Origin: Camelus dromedarius
Taxonomy: Eukaryota
Length of the DNA: 64,000 nucleotides
Assembly (NCBI RefSeq): GCF_036321535.1
Contig: NC_087437.1
Coordinates: 45,758,001-45,822,000, forward strand
Direction: 5' to 3'
The notes beneath the pieces were generated by a model. It was not told the origin of the DNA and ran no database searches. It was given only the letters and a program-made list of their open reading frames with translations. Of the stretch, positions 48,873 through 62,300 are shown one piece after another. The translations under genes were made by a program, and so were the position numbers. Each line of letters begins with the position of its first letter. The first letter of the stretch is position 1.

Positions 48873-51226
48873 TAGTAAATCTGTGATTAGAACACACGTC
48901 CCGGCAACGTCAAAGACCACACGCCTTCACCACACTTCTGTGCCTCTTTGAAACGCAGTGGCTCCCCACACCACCCCCACAGCCTGCAAGTCGGGCTGTG
49001 ACGTCAATTTACACACAAGAGCCAATGCAGAAAAACAAGAACGTCTACGACAGGGCTACAGCTTCTTCCGTACAAACGAAAACAGCTTTCCTGAGCCCAT
49101 AGAAAAGCCATCTTTGGCTGGAAAAAAGATGCAGAGCTTTGCATTTTACATTACCTACTTGTTAAACAGAATCATGACAGTGAGAAAGAAGGCACGGCTC
49201 TTAGCCACTGAAATGTTCATATCTGGACGTAGTTGAGAAAAATTAACCCCCAGACAGCTTTGAAGCTTTTACCTGAACTTGGACTGAGGGGCTCTGCTGC
49301 ACAGTTACATGGTCTCTGGGTTCTCGCTCCTGTGTGTGTGAAGGGACCGCTGAGGGAGAGAACGAGAGACATATCACTGCCCCCCCAGCCTCCAGGACCC
49401 GTGAGTCCACCACCGTCACCTGCAAAACAGCGCCGCCTGGGAATACTCAACTCAGCGCAGCATGTATTTGGAGCTCTTACGATGGGTTCTGGGGCCCAGG
49501 AGTGCACTGCTCAGGGTCACCCCACAGGCTGACCAGAGTACGTAGGCAGCACTGTTCAAGTAGAAATGAAGTTCCCACCACTCGGCTCTAATCCTCCAAC
49601 GCGCTCCCCGGGAAGTCAGGGACCGTGACCGCTGAAGTTCCCTCCCCAGCACCGTCCCTTCCCCTACCATTGTGAAAAAGGCCCTTTCATCTGTGACCTG
49701 CATTTAAAAACTGACATCTGGCGGTTAGGGTGGTAATTAGACATCATTTAAAAGTTATTTCTGCCTTGTTAACTGGGTTACTCTGTGATCAAATTATGGG
49801 ATAATTTAGAGGAGTTCAGGCATATTGATTGTATAATCCATAATGTGGGTAATTAATAACTATCCCCTAAAAGCTGCGTGTGAGAAACTGTAAGGATTCA
49901 CATTAGACAAAAAGGCAAGGCTTTCCCCTCGAGGCCTTTTATTAACTACACAGCAAAGGGAAAGCTTTCCAAGGAGAAGAAATCCAGATTCGGTGCCAGA
50001 AGGTACTAACACCATTGCACAACCCCCATCCCTGATGGCCACCAGCAGGTTCCCTGGGGTCTCCTTGCGCCGGGGCCACTCTGGTTGCTGGCTTCTTCCA
50101 GGCGGTTTCACCCATCACTTCTGAGTTATCAGTGGGGCTGGTCCCCAGCTGTGGGGATGGCAATGGCGCAGACTGGTCTATTTTGCACTGAGCTGACACC
50201 AGCAGTTTAATTCCCACAGGCTGCTTCCACTTGTGCCTCAATAATAAGGAAATTATACTGGTCATGGTGAAGGTGATAAGGGTCAGTCCTCCGTAGTCCT
50301 GAATCCCACCTGCCATTTACAGCCACACCAGGTCCCCAAGAAATATACACATTTACACACAGAGACGTTATTATTAACTAAGATTTCTGCTCCAAACTCC
50401 TTTGTTTTCTCCCCTGTGAGCTGGGCTGGACCTTCTGCAAGCCAGAAACATCTTGAGCTGCGTGCGGCAGGCAAGCAAGATACCCGTTCAGTAGCTCCTT
50501 TGTCTCGGTGCCATCAGGTCTTCAAAGAACCTGACAGTGCCCAAACCGGAGCCCTGAGGAGGGAAGACAGCAGCAGAGCTCATGAAAGACGAGAGGCACT
50601 AATTCCAGGAGATGGACCTGCCTGGTCCACTTGCACATCAAAGTAAATGTGACCTTGTCTAGTATTTACACACAGCCTGGCTGGGCACCTGCGTCAATTT
50701 GTCATTGTTCTGCTACATCCACTAATGCACCACTTTGTGGATGGTGACATAATAACGGTCTGTGTTTGTTGAGCTCAGCACCTGCTAAGTGCTTTACATG
50801 CACTGTTTTATTTAATCATCAGAATGACACCGGAAAGGTAAGTGCCAACACTATCCCCAGTTCACAGGGAAGGACACTGATAGATGAAGAGGTCCAGCGA
50901 TCCACGCCAAACCCTGCCGCTGGGAAGTGGAGGAGCCCACACAGGGGCTCCAGGCCTCTCGGCCCCCCAGGAGCCGCTCTGCTTCCCCCAGAAGTCCATC
51001 TCTCATTAACAAGGTCAGCGTTCCTCCTCCCTGGATGTAGAATCAGGAAAGATAAGAGGTCTGAGGAGAAACGCACAGACACCATGAGGAAAAGACGATA
51101 GTAAGAAGAGAAGATGCTGGGAGAAATTTTCAGTGTGCAGGAAGCCAAGACATCTGTGAAGTAAAGACGGCTGCTCTTCAGGTGTAAACTGCCTCCTGTG
51201 CAGTGCTCTGCTCTGAAATTGCCCCC

Positions 51227-51610
51227 TGTATTCATTTCTCAAGGGCTGCCGTAACGAGTCACCACAGCCTGGGCGGCTTAAACAGCAGAAATGTATTTTC
51301 TCGCAACTCCGCAGACTAGAAGTCTGAGATCAGAGTGTCGACAGGCTTGGTCTCTTCTGAGAACTCTCTCTGTGGCTGGTAGATGGTCTTCTCCCTGTGT
51401 CTTCATGTGGTCCTTTCTTCTGTATGTGTCAGTGTCTTTATCTCCTCGTTTTATAAGGACATCAGTCACTGGCTTACGACCCACACCAATGACCTCATTT
51501 AAACTTAATTACTCTTTAAACACCTATCTGCAAACCCAGTCACCTTCTGAGGAAACGGAGGCTAGGACTTCTACGTATGAATGTAGGGGTGCACAAGTCA
51601 GCCCGTAACA
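51227..51610 (-). mobile_element. MLT1B/C-type solo LTR
   Basis: TGTATT...GGGCTGCCGTAAC...GGCTTAAACAGCAGAAATGTATT...TATAAGGACATCAGTCA...CAGCCCGTAACA. Confidence 0.8.
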
Positions 51611-52348
51611 CACACACTCTATCTCTAGGTTTTCAGTAGAAGCCTGTTAGACATAGTGTCTTAGATGAGAGAAATGTGGTGAAAAATGAAAGGCAAACTT
51701 GTCTTCCATATATGGTATTGATGAAAAAACAGAAAGGAACAAACAGGTCAGGAGGTCTGACGGAGGACAGCAAGTAAGAACTCAGCATAAGCAGGAAGCA
51801 AGAAGCCAGAGGAAGACATGCTAGGACCCGCTCACTCTGCTCCCACCACAGGGCGGTACTACGGCTGCCAGCTACACGTGGGATGGGCTTTAAGCGTCTT
51901 TTGTTTTGTCTGCTTGGGAGTGAGCATCAAAGGAATGATCACTCCTGAAGGCACTCTGAGTGACACAGTGATGAACGGCATGGCAATTTTTCAGTGAATT
52001 ATCGTCAAATGCCAGCCTGCTTAAATCAGAGTTACTCAAACCCCTAGGGTAGAAATGTAACCCAAATATTTATCTCTTGATTGTCTCTTGATTCCCAACC
52101 CACTTTACCATCCTTCACTTTAAAACAAACTAGAAGTTGTGCCCTGTGCTGAAGGCGAGGTGAGTAGTGGCATCTCCTCAGCACAGTAATGCACAACCAA
52201 GTGTGCAGCTGGCCCAGTGACTCCAAGAGACTCACAAAAGCTCTTTGGCTCAATCTTGGTAGTGAAATTTCAAGAGTGGACTAACATTATTAAATCTCAT
52301 AGTCATCTGTGACCAGGATTTTCAATTAAAGATCATTGGGTTCTACCA

Positions 52349-53046
52349 ACCCTCAGGCACTGTTGGTGAAAAAGTACATGGGTGCAGCCACTGTGAGAAA
52401 CAATACAGAAGTTCCTCAAAAAATTAAGAATCAAACAGCCATATGATCCAGCAATTTCACTTCTGAGTATTTACCCGAAGAAAACAAAAACAGTAATTCA
52501 AAAAGATACATATGCACATGAATGTTCATTACAGTCTTATCTACAATAGCCAAGATATGGAAGTAACCTCAGTGTCCATCACTAGATGAACAGATAAGGG
52601 AGCTGTGGTGTATATATATGTACAATGGAATATTATACAGTCATTAAAAGGTCTTGCCATCTGCAACAACATGGATGGACATGAAGGGTATTGTGCTAAG
52701 TGAAATAAGTCAGACAAAGACAAACACCATATAATCACACTTATAAGTGAAACCTGAAAAAACAAAAACAGACTCATAGATACAGAAAACCAACGGGTGG
52801 TTGCCAGAGGGGAAGAGGATGGAGGGTTGAATGAAGTAGGTGAAAGAGATACAAAAAAAGAAAACCAATAAGCCATGAGGATGCAGTAACAGCATAAGGA
52901 ATGTGGTCAGTAATACGGCAATAGCTTTGCATGGAGACAGATGTTATCAGACTTATCATGGTGACCACTTTATAAGGTATGCAAATGTCAAGTCACTATG
53001 TAGTACACTAATGTAATATTGTTCATCAACTATATTTCAATTAAAA
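52349..53046 (+). mobile_element. Older 5'-truncated L1 (ORF2 C-terminus plus 3' UTR)
   Basis: GGTGCAGCCACTGTG...CCATATGATCCAGCAATTTCACTTCTGAGTATTTACCC...CTAAGTGAAATAAGTCAGAC...CAATTAAAAA; colinear with ~15855-16580 but more diverged. Confidence 0.85.
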
Positions 53047-54077
53047 AGGTTCTCTGAACCTTTAAGGATGTAAAATAAGTTATGGTACTAAACAGACAGG
53101 CTCCACACTTGCAAAATTATCCTAAGCCATTTTGAAAGGACATCTCAGCTGACAGTGCAGAGGAAGAAATGGGCCCTCTGGTTCTATTTCTGGGTGGCAT
53201 GCATGCTTGTGGGACTGGCTGACAGGACCCCCATGCCAGGACGGCACCACACGCCAGCTGAGCAGCATAGCTGGGGATCACACACACACGCACGCTGAGT
53301 CCAGGACCAGAAGCCTCAGCTGGTCACTGGCCAGGCAGCCATGCCCAAAACATATCTGGCAACTTGACTGCACTGAAACTTGATTATATGTATGCGTGAC
53401 TCTGTGGATATTTGGTGATACCAACATATAATCTATTGGCAACTGTTTTTCAGACGGATGATAATAAGCAAGAAAATGCTCAAATAAAATTTCTCATCCC
53501 TTTGAAATCATGTGGAGGAAATAAGAAAAAGAACAGCCCCCAAAAGAAGAAAGGTGAGTGAGGTACTGTACAGTATATGAAGGTGTGAGGACTGGCACTG
53601 CAGTTTCACTGAAATACACACACACGTGTACACACTGGCTGTCTATCCTTACTGGTCACTCCCAAAAGTTCGTCTGGCCAGTGTGACAAGAATTATGCAG
53701 ACATGAACATTGGAAGCTAAAATAATGGCATAGAATTAGTACCTGTTAAGTCTTAGAATAGTCATATCCTTGGGGAAATATGTATGACCCTTTAATACTG
53801 GGAAACCCAGAATAGCAATGTCTAAAAACCCAGATGCATAATAGCAAAATAGGAGGTCATATGGCTAACTGATATGTTTCCATAAACAAAAAAATTCCAA
53901 AGATGGTATTCCTGACACTGAAATCATCTCTATTAATTAAGGTTCTCCTGGTAGAGAGAAATAAATATTGATTCTGCCTAGATTCAGAGAGACATTGAGG
54001 GAGAGAGAGAGAGAATGTATTAGGACACTAGAATGAGTTTGTGATGCTCCAAGGCTTCACTGCCAATTTCTTACAGG

Positions 54078-54252
54078 GCATTGATTTTTAACCTTGATTA
54101 CATAATAGAATCACGAGTGAAGGTGGAAAAATAAGCAGTGTCCTGGCTCTACTCAAATTACACAGAAATCTCTGGGGGGTGAGTCTCATGGGTAAGTACA
54201 TTTTAAAAGCTCCCCAGCTGATCTTAATGTATAGCCAGGGTCAAGAACTCCT
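54078..54252. mobile_element. MER5A-like hAT DNA transposon
   Basis: TTTAACCTTG...TAGAATCAC...TTTTAAAAGCTCCCCAGCTGATCTTAATGTATAGCCAGGGTCAAGAAC. Confidence 0.65.
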
Positions 54253-56174
54253 TCTCTGGAATGTTGGCATTAATATCACATTAACATTAATGACTCCCAG
54301 GTCCACTGTTTTTAGGTCAAATTCTAAAATTCCCAGGAGAGCGAGTATCAGTGGCCAGTTTATATTCAGAGGATATCACTGAAGAAAATTAGCCATTGGT
54401 GAGAAAGCAAGGTCATACTGGACCAGACGTAGCAGGTGGCAGCTGGGAGACCCTTCCTATGCACCAAAGCAGGTTGGAGTACTCAGAGCTGGGCAGCCCC
54501 CCAAAAAAGCAGCCATTACACCCTCTACGAGTGCCACGGCTTCATGCTTAAGTAAATCTCCCCTCTTCACTAAGCACACACACAGATACAACAGCACCAC
54601 TCTGTCCACGGTCCAGTAGGCCAGCCCGGAGTGACAGTAAAGTGAGGGTAGAGATGTGCCGTACACCCTGGCCAGTGAGCGAACCCTCCCGTCTCCCTTC
54701 ATTCCAACCCGTGTCACCTGGCAAATGTTCTGCATCAGTAAATAGACAAGGATGGTTGTCAAAACTGTAACGAAGTCAGGTCTGTTTGCTTCTGCTTAAC
54801 TTATCAATGTATGCGAAACAGTAGCTTCAACAATAAAAGAAAAGCTTCTCTTAGGTAAATATTTGCCAGACAAGCCTGTTCATGCCAAACTTAACAGGCC
54901 CTTTAACCCCCTCAATACACTGTGCAAAGGTGAACTCCAAAACTTTAGTCCTGGCAAACCTGGAATTAAAAACGTTCAAATGAACTTCTTTTTAATGTGA
55001 TAGACAACTATCCCAGCTATGACACAGATGTTCAAGGGAAAGCACACAGCATGTGTGGAGTAACTTACAAATCAAACAAACAGTATACACACTTCCAAAC
55101 ACAAGCATAGGGGAAATATCTACGAAGCACTCAGCCCTGGGGAAAATTCAAAATCAGGGTGAGGGTCAAGATAACCACTGCCTTGAACGAGTGGCCAAAC
55201 CCACACTCAAGTGTTTGTCAAGCATGTCAGGAGAGCATGTGATCAGAGCGAGCGTGAGTCAAGTCTACACACGTCACCCTGAGAGCCCAGGGTGAGTCTG
55301 CATCATGAACCCAGCCCCGCCCGCAGAGGCTCCAAGGAATGGGCAGGCTTATCTCCTTAACGTCGCTCTTGAATTCATAACACAGGCGAGTCTAAGTGTC
55401 AGGAGGAAAACCTACATAGTCACACCGTTTGCAGGATGACTGGGGAGAGGAGATAAAATAATGGAGTCCTAAAGTGCCCAATACAGGACGTAATGACTGT
55501 CACACAACAACACAGGGCTGTCAGTTTGTGTTCCTCCATCAACAGAACGTGAGACAAGGAATTCGAGTGTGAGGACTTTGAGAGTTAAGGGAACGGGCGC
55601 ACAAGACAGGGAAGAGAAGGCAGACATCAAAGGATGTGTCCTCAAGCAAATCACCCAAAAGGCAATGGGAGCTTCATGCCACAAAGGAGGGAAGTCCGGG
55701 AGCCTGTGGGGAACACACACCACGGAGGCTCGCCACACCTGGTGAGGGAGCAGAGAATTTACACACCAACTCCCATCGGTCCTTGGCCAGGGGAAGCAGG
55801 AGGGCATTGACACCAGGCAACTCGGGCCTGCTGGGCATGTGGGCAGGTTCGCTCCAGCAGCCAGGAAAGCCCTCAGCAAGGGAGATGTGTTCTGGTAACT
55901 GAATGCGGCTGCCAGACGATGACACGGTGAGACCTGTTAGTGCGGGCACTAACAGCGTCTGTCCAGCAGGGACGCGGCAGGCGAGGCGGCGGAAGGAGCA
56001 CGAGTTGTGACCCAAGGATGCTTGTGTTTAAGGCCAGATCAGTAACACCTATTCCTGGGGATGCCGTGGGCAGCAGATGCAGACAGACACACACTTTACA
56101 CAACAAAGCATAACAGCACACCGACCACAACTGCTAACTGATGGTTTCCAGAAATGAGGTACCGTCCCTAGTCT

Positions 56175-56395
56175 CGGAAAGGGACATAGTCTTTGCGGTC
56201 AGGCTTGGGTTCAAGTCCCAGCTCTACCGTGTACTGACCGAAGGGCCTTGGTTCAGTAACTTAACCCCTGCTTATCTGTCAAATGGGACCAATTAACAAT
56301 ACCCACCCCACAGTGCTGGTGTGGAGACTTAAAGCTCTTGTGTAAAATATCTAAGACAAGGCCTGGTGAACGGCAAGCACTCTGACATTAGCTGT
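56175..56395 (+). mobile_element. MIR SINE
   Basis: GGGTTCAAGTCCCAGCTCTACC...CCTTGG...ACTTAACC...ATCTGTCAAATGGG. Confidence 0.65.
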
Positions 56396-56428
56396 GATCA
56401 GCAACATCATTGCTATTAGACAGCAATC

Positions 56429-56781
56429 TGTATTAGCTTGGGCTGCTGTAGCAAATTATCGTAAAGTGGGTGACTTAACAACAAAAATCTATCTTCTCAC
56501 TGTTCTGGAGGCTGGAAAACCCAAGATCAAGGGGCCAGCCAGCTCCGTTGCTGGTGAGCGCTGTCTCCCTGTTCGGAGGGCTGCCTTCTCGCGGTGCTCA
56601 CTGGCAGGTGGAGAGACTTCTCCTCCTCTTCTAAGGCCACAGACCCCACCCTGAGGCCCCACCATCGTGGCCTGGTCTAAGCCTAGTCACCTCCGAAAGG
56701 CCTCACCTCCCAATACCATCACACTGGGGATCAGGACCTCAGCATACGAATTTTGAGGGACCCAAATATTCAGTTCCTAAC
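56429..56781 (-). mobile_element. MLT1A-type solo LTR
   Basis: TGTATTAGCTTGGGCTGCTGTAGCAAA...GTTCTGGAGGCTGGAAAACCCAAGATCAAGG...CCTCCCAATACCATCACACTGGGG...CAGTTCCTAACA. Confidence 0.8.
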
Positions 56782-58429
56782 AAAACATTTGAATGGCATA
56801 AACAAAATGAACTGTAATACAATAAATTCTATAAGCATCCATCTCTGCTCATCCATGTTAAGAGGTAGTGTGGACAACAAACGGACAGACAAACGGAGGA
56901 TCTATGAGGCTATGACTGGAGGCTGCAGAGTAGTTAAAAAGTTGTTGTGGTTTTGTTTTTTGGTTTTTGGGTTTTTTTCATTTTATGTTATTTTGTTTCT
57001 AGGTCACCCAAAAGCAAACGTGCAACATTTTCTCCTTGCACGTGGCACTGTCTGGGTTGCTTGCTGGTAGGACTCTGAATTACACCAGCAAACAAACGCC
57101 ACCAGGAGAGCACAGTGTCTGTGAAACCAAAACCAATTCTTATTATGGAAATCCTTTCTTCAAATGTCTGCTTCTCCGCGTTAGCAAACAGAACATAGAC
57201 AATGTAACAGTATCTGATGATTGAAAATCTTGCCATGTCTGTGGGTTCTCATGCTGAACATCAGTTCTCATCACACCGGCCTGTGGGTGTGCTTGTGGGA
57301 GAGCAAACATTACACAGAATCTTTAATGGCCTTGAGATACTCCCATAAGGCTTTTTTTGTTGTTGCTTGTTGTTGATGTCAGTTTGTTAAGGTTTCTGTT
57401 TGTGAATTTTCTCCACCTGACTGAGTCTAGGGGAAACTGGATTACCGCTCTCTGCGTGAGATGAATGTGCGCTCTCTCCTCCCACACAGACAGAGGGTGA
57501 GTCTCCCTCCCAGGCCATCTGGGAACTGGACACTCTCCTCCATGTGACCTAGTCCCAGAGGGAAGTTCAGTGTGCCCAGCCTCTAGCCCCGCTGTGCAGC
57601 CTGCCGGCGCCCATCAAGTGGACCCTTCTCCTGCACATGTTCTAAGTCATTCGGCAGAGTTGTTCACAAGGAGCCAGCCCAGCCCACCCTACCCTGGTCT
57701 GCTCTGCCTCGCTTAGCTCCCCAGCTCTACGCTTCCAGCAAGGCCTTTCTAAAGCGATGCGATCTCCATGACACGGGGCCTCACGGCCCATCCTCCAAGA
57801 CTCCCTACCGACCACGCTGAGTCCTGGAAGTTGGACCCCTCAAATCAACCTCTTAATGAAAGTCAGCGGGGAATGGTCACGGGGGGTGCAGGCAGGGTGG
57901 GATATTTGGGGAAAATAGAACAGATACTGCTGATTCAGAAGATCATTCTTAGGCAAATGCAAGGCAGTTTCCCGAATGACGGAGTGCAGAGAACACAGGG
58001 TCCCAGACTTGAGGGAGATCACTGGCCTTCACACAAGACCTCTCTCCATAATGTTCTGGCAGATGGATGATGTAAAGCCATAAAATGTTTTTCAAAATCT
58101 AATCCCAGCCATGTTGTAGTATAAATACAGTCTATCTGAACTCAACTATTTCTGTTTTTTTCCTCAGTTTACAGCTTTGGTGCCCACATTTTTGTGGTCA
58201 TTTGTGGGTATTTTAACAGGACTTCTGAAGGAGCCTTATCAGGCATTGCTTATCAGCTACCATAGCAACACAGAAATAACAGAAGCAGCATGCTGACATT
58301 CACTTACAGTCAAAGCGATACACAGAAGTCATCCAGCCATCAACCAAAATATTGAGAATATAGTAAAATAGTGCCAGTTTCTGTACATTAAAACTCATGC
58401 ATTTGGCTCATGAAAAGGTCTCAAAACTA

Positions 58430-59380
58430 CCAACTATCTAATCCAACAGACATTCTGCCCTTCCTCCTAAACAGCCCAATTTTTGTTGGGTACAACACAA
58501 AATAAAAGATTCATTACGCACTCTTCCCTGCTGCTAAGAATGACTGTGTGACTAAATTCTGGCCACCAAAACCTAGACATATTGCATGAGATTCCAGGAA
58601 GTTTCCCTGGAAGGGAGGAAGTACACTCTTCTTCTTTACCTCCATCCTGCTGCCTGGAATGCAGATGTGGTGACCAGCACTCCAGCAGCTTCTTAAAACA
58701 TGAGGATGATAGTTACTTGCTGGAGAGAACAGAACAGAGCGCTGGAAGGAGCCTGAGTCAGTGAGAACTCTGAGTCCTTCTTCCAGTCTTACACTTGAGT
58801 AGCAAACCACCAAAGATGGTTTAATGACAGAAAGCAGCAATTGTCTACTGCCACTCTCTCTCATGCTCCCAAGGGTTGATGAGGCTCGGTGAGGCAGTTC
58901 CTGTTCAAGGTTTCTCTCGTGGGGCTGGAGCCATCATGTGGACATCCTGCCTCACACGCGGAGGCTTATGTTTCCTCTCGGCTGGGACTCTTGCCCATAG
59001 CTTCGCAGCATGGCCTGGGCTTCCTCACAGCACAGCAACAGGAATGACAGCTCCCACGGCCCTTTGGGGCCCCGCCTGGAGGACACAGGCTGTCACTTCT
59101 GCTGCGCTCTACCGGTGGTGGCAAGCCCAAGCTCTGCCCAGGTGCAGGGAGCGGGGCCTCAGGGCCGCCTCCAGGGGAGGAGGAAGGGAACAGCCAGATC
59201 ATAATGTAAGGAAAGACATGGCTACAGCCACCTTTAAAAAAATAAAATCGGCCATGGCCCCGCACCAGCCCTGAATTACCTACCTCCCGATTTACATTAT
59301 GTGAGGAACAGACGTATCCTGTTTAAGCCAGTGTTGCTATGGGTTTCTCCTCAACGTGCAGCCCCTCCTGCTGCTAACGG
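58430..59380. mobile_element. Nested MaLR LTRs: an antisense MLT1 (~58770-59254) inside an older sense MLT1J-like LTR
   Basis: Outer element breaks after GGAGCCTGAGTC and resumes at CCAGCCCTGAATTACCTACCTCC...TGTTTAAGCCA; inner element ends AAAATAAAATCGGCCA. Confidence 0.55.
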
Positions 59381-62300
59381 ATGCAGCTCCTAGGCTGTGG
59401 CTCAGAGTGGACCTCCACGTACTTTACACACAACTCCAACCAGCTTGTTTCACCAGGACTCTCCCTCCAGAGAAGGTCAATGACCACAGCACAGGAAGGG
59501 GCAAGAATGCTGCTAGAATCAGACCAGGTACACTCACAGCAACAGAAACGGAGGTAAAAAGCTGAGAAGTTGTAAAAAGTCAACCCTGTTACTTTCAAGA
59601 GGCACAGCTCTCCGTGGCCCTTTAGTAAAAAGACAAGTGGCATTTTTCTGAATCAAAAAGCCCTAGAGATTATGACCAAATTCAGGAAAACTCAAGAATT
59701 AATGAAGGCCCTAAAATATTAAAAAGGACAGAGGTGTAGTCATGACAGTCCCATCAAAGATAACTTTTGTACATTATTGCTGAGGACAATCCCTGAGAAA
59801 AGATTTTCTTGCAGATTTGAGACATGATTTCATATTCTTATCCTTTTTCCTTAAGAGAATCCTTGAGAGATCATTTAATTCCCAATTTCATGTTTGATTT
59901 AAATAAAGGAATACAGGAAACACAAAAATATTTTTAACTCTGTTAGAAATGTTCAAGTTAAGTTCCATCTATGCATTAATCTTGTATCTGCACGAGTTCC
60001 TGCAGAGCTGTCTCACCACGCCCTAAGGAGCATCTCTACATCCCTTCTCTGTGAAGAACCCTGAATCTCAGAGAGGTCACGTGACAGGGGCGGTCCTTAG
60101 GGATCACCCAATCTGCGGCATCACCCAGCCTCCACCTTCTCATTTACAAACTAGAGTTAACCTTGTCTTCCAGAGTTAGTTGCTTTGTTTCGTTTTGTGT
60201 CCCAGTATTTTTCTTATTTGTCCCGGTCCTAAAATACCTTGGGATTAACCAATACTAAATTCAGTTTAGTCACTCAAAAGTGCACTTCAGCTAACATATT
60301 CTTCCTTCTCCAATCATCCCCAAAGGGGGAAAAACTTTTTTTTTAAGATATTAATAACCTTCCTCACTAGCAATGTTTAAAAAAGAAAAGAACCAAATCC
60401 TTAGGCACATTTAACTCCTTCCCTTCTTGATTCTATTTGGCCTTGGTGAAGTTAAACCCCTATAAACACATTAGTCTCTTAAATTTCCACTGGGCTTCAG
60501 GATTTTCTGTGCTTTATTACATTCAGAAATACAGCGACATTTGCCCAAAAAAATGACTCCTTTTGCACTATTAGCCCACACAGACCATTCCACACCCAAG
60601 CCACAGGAATTGGTCCCACAGACCCACACTGCTCCACTCCAACGTGGACTGCTCTGGTCCCACTGCCAGGCATGCACATCTTCAGATTCCAAATGTCTTC
60701 TGCCTAGTTCAAATGTCTCCTTCTCTAAGGAAGTCTTTCCTCATCCTCTAAATTAGAATTAAGCTCTCTCTCCACATTCAATGAAGTATCCACTAGGGGC
60801 TGTTTTAGGGGCAAGATACACAACGGGGGAGAAAATGCAACACACTGCCCTTCTATTTGGAGAGATAAACATGTATTGAATGATCAATGGATAAATGTAA
60901 AATTGGTTGTGACATGTGCCATAAATGAGTGGCACAGGGTGCTCTGATAGAGACGATTTGACCAGTCGTGTGTTAAGTCATAAACTGTAAACGGTTAGCA
61001 GTGTCATCCAACCTGCATGCTAACAAGCTAGCTTCCCAGTTTTACACACAGGTAGTGACCGAAGACACCAGACGCAGGGGTGAGAAACACTGATAAGTTG
61101 TCACTCATATCGAAACAGCATCCAGGCAGAATCTTGTATCACTTCCCCACACCCCAGTCTCCACAGAGTAGCAGGGTTAGATTAGACATCCCCTGCTCCT
61201 GCAGTAAGGTACACCGCAGGGGAGGAGCCATGCCTTCTAGGAGACTGGCTCCCTCTGGAGAGCGAGATTCAGGGAGAAAGGGAAACGTCATTACTGCTCT
61301 GGAATGTAAGCAATCATCTCCAGGGAGGGGAAGGAGAGAGCCTTATCTCTAGGCAGGTATGTCTCCAAATCTCTCTCTGCGGAAACACTATCTCTAGCTT
61401 CCAAGGTTGTTTGCTGTTCAAACGTGTCCTTTGCTCAGAAGACTGGGACCAATGAGGAATGAAAGAAATCCACAGAGAACTGTTTCCCCACATGGCAAAG
61501 ATCTGACTTTTCCCTGAAGAGATGAAGTTTGTGTTGAGATATGAAACATGAGCAGGAGTCGGTAGATTGGGGGCCCAAGGGGGATGCAGGCAGATAAAGT
61601 TGGACATGCAGTGCCCAGCACAGGAAAAAGTACAGGGTTTTCAAGGAAGCAGCTACATGGTTGCAGCACGCAGAGTTGGGTGAATCGGGACAGGCAGGCA
61701 GGGACCAGAGCACGCAGACCCTTGCCAGTTCACAGTAAAGATCTGGCCCCTTATCCCAACATCAGTGGGAAGCCAAGGAAGGCTAGGAGGAGACTGGCAT
61801 TCCAACAAAGCCACTCTCTCCATGGTAAAGGATGGACTAGAATGGGGTGACACCTTGTGTTCCAGCTGCCCACAGAACCTTTGATTACGGCGAATTCCTT
61901 GAGCTTGTCTCCACATCGTACCTCTCCTCTTGTGTACCCAACACAACGTGGGCTAGTACCTTGGAATCTGTCGTGTGTCATTACCAATAATGTGCAAAGC
62001 ACCAATAGGAATCAAAAAACATTTTCATTTTTGAATCAGTACCAAGGGAAGCCCCTATCCTCCTGTAGCTTCCATTCTAATGTGCTACAATATATACATT
62101 TGCTTTTTTTCAGTTAAGGTCTTTTCATCCTTCAGTTTCTCTGCTATGGACATTTCAATGTGCCCATCATAGGAAAGATCTCGATAAAGATGACTCATAT
62201 TTCTGAAATACTCAGCTGCTCTAGAAAATAGCACCCAAATTCGATTAAATCAGTGTGGCTCTGAATGAGGGCTCTGAGATGGCTCTGGTGGCCTTATAGG

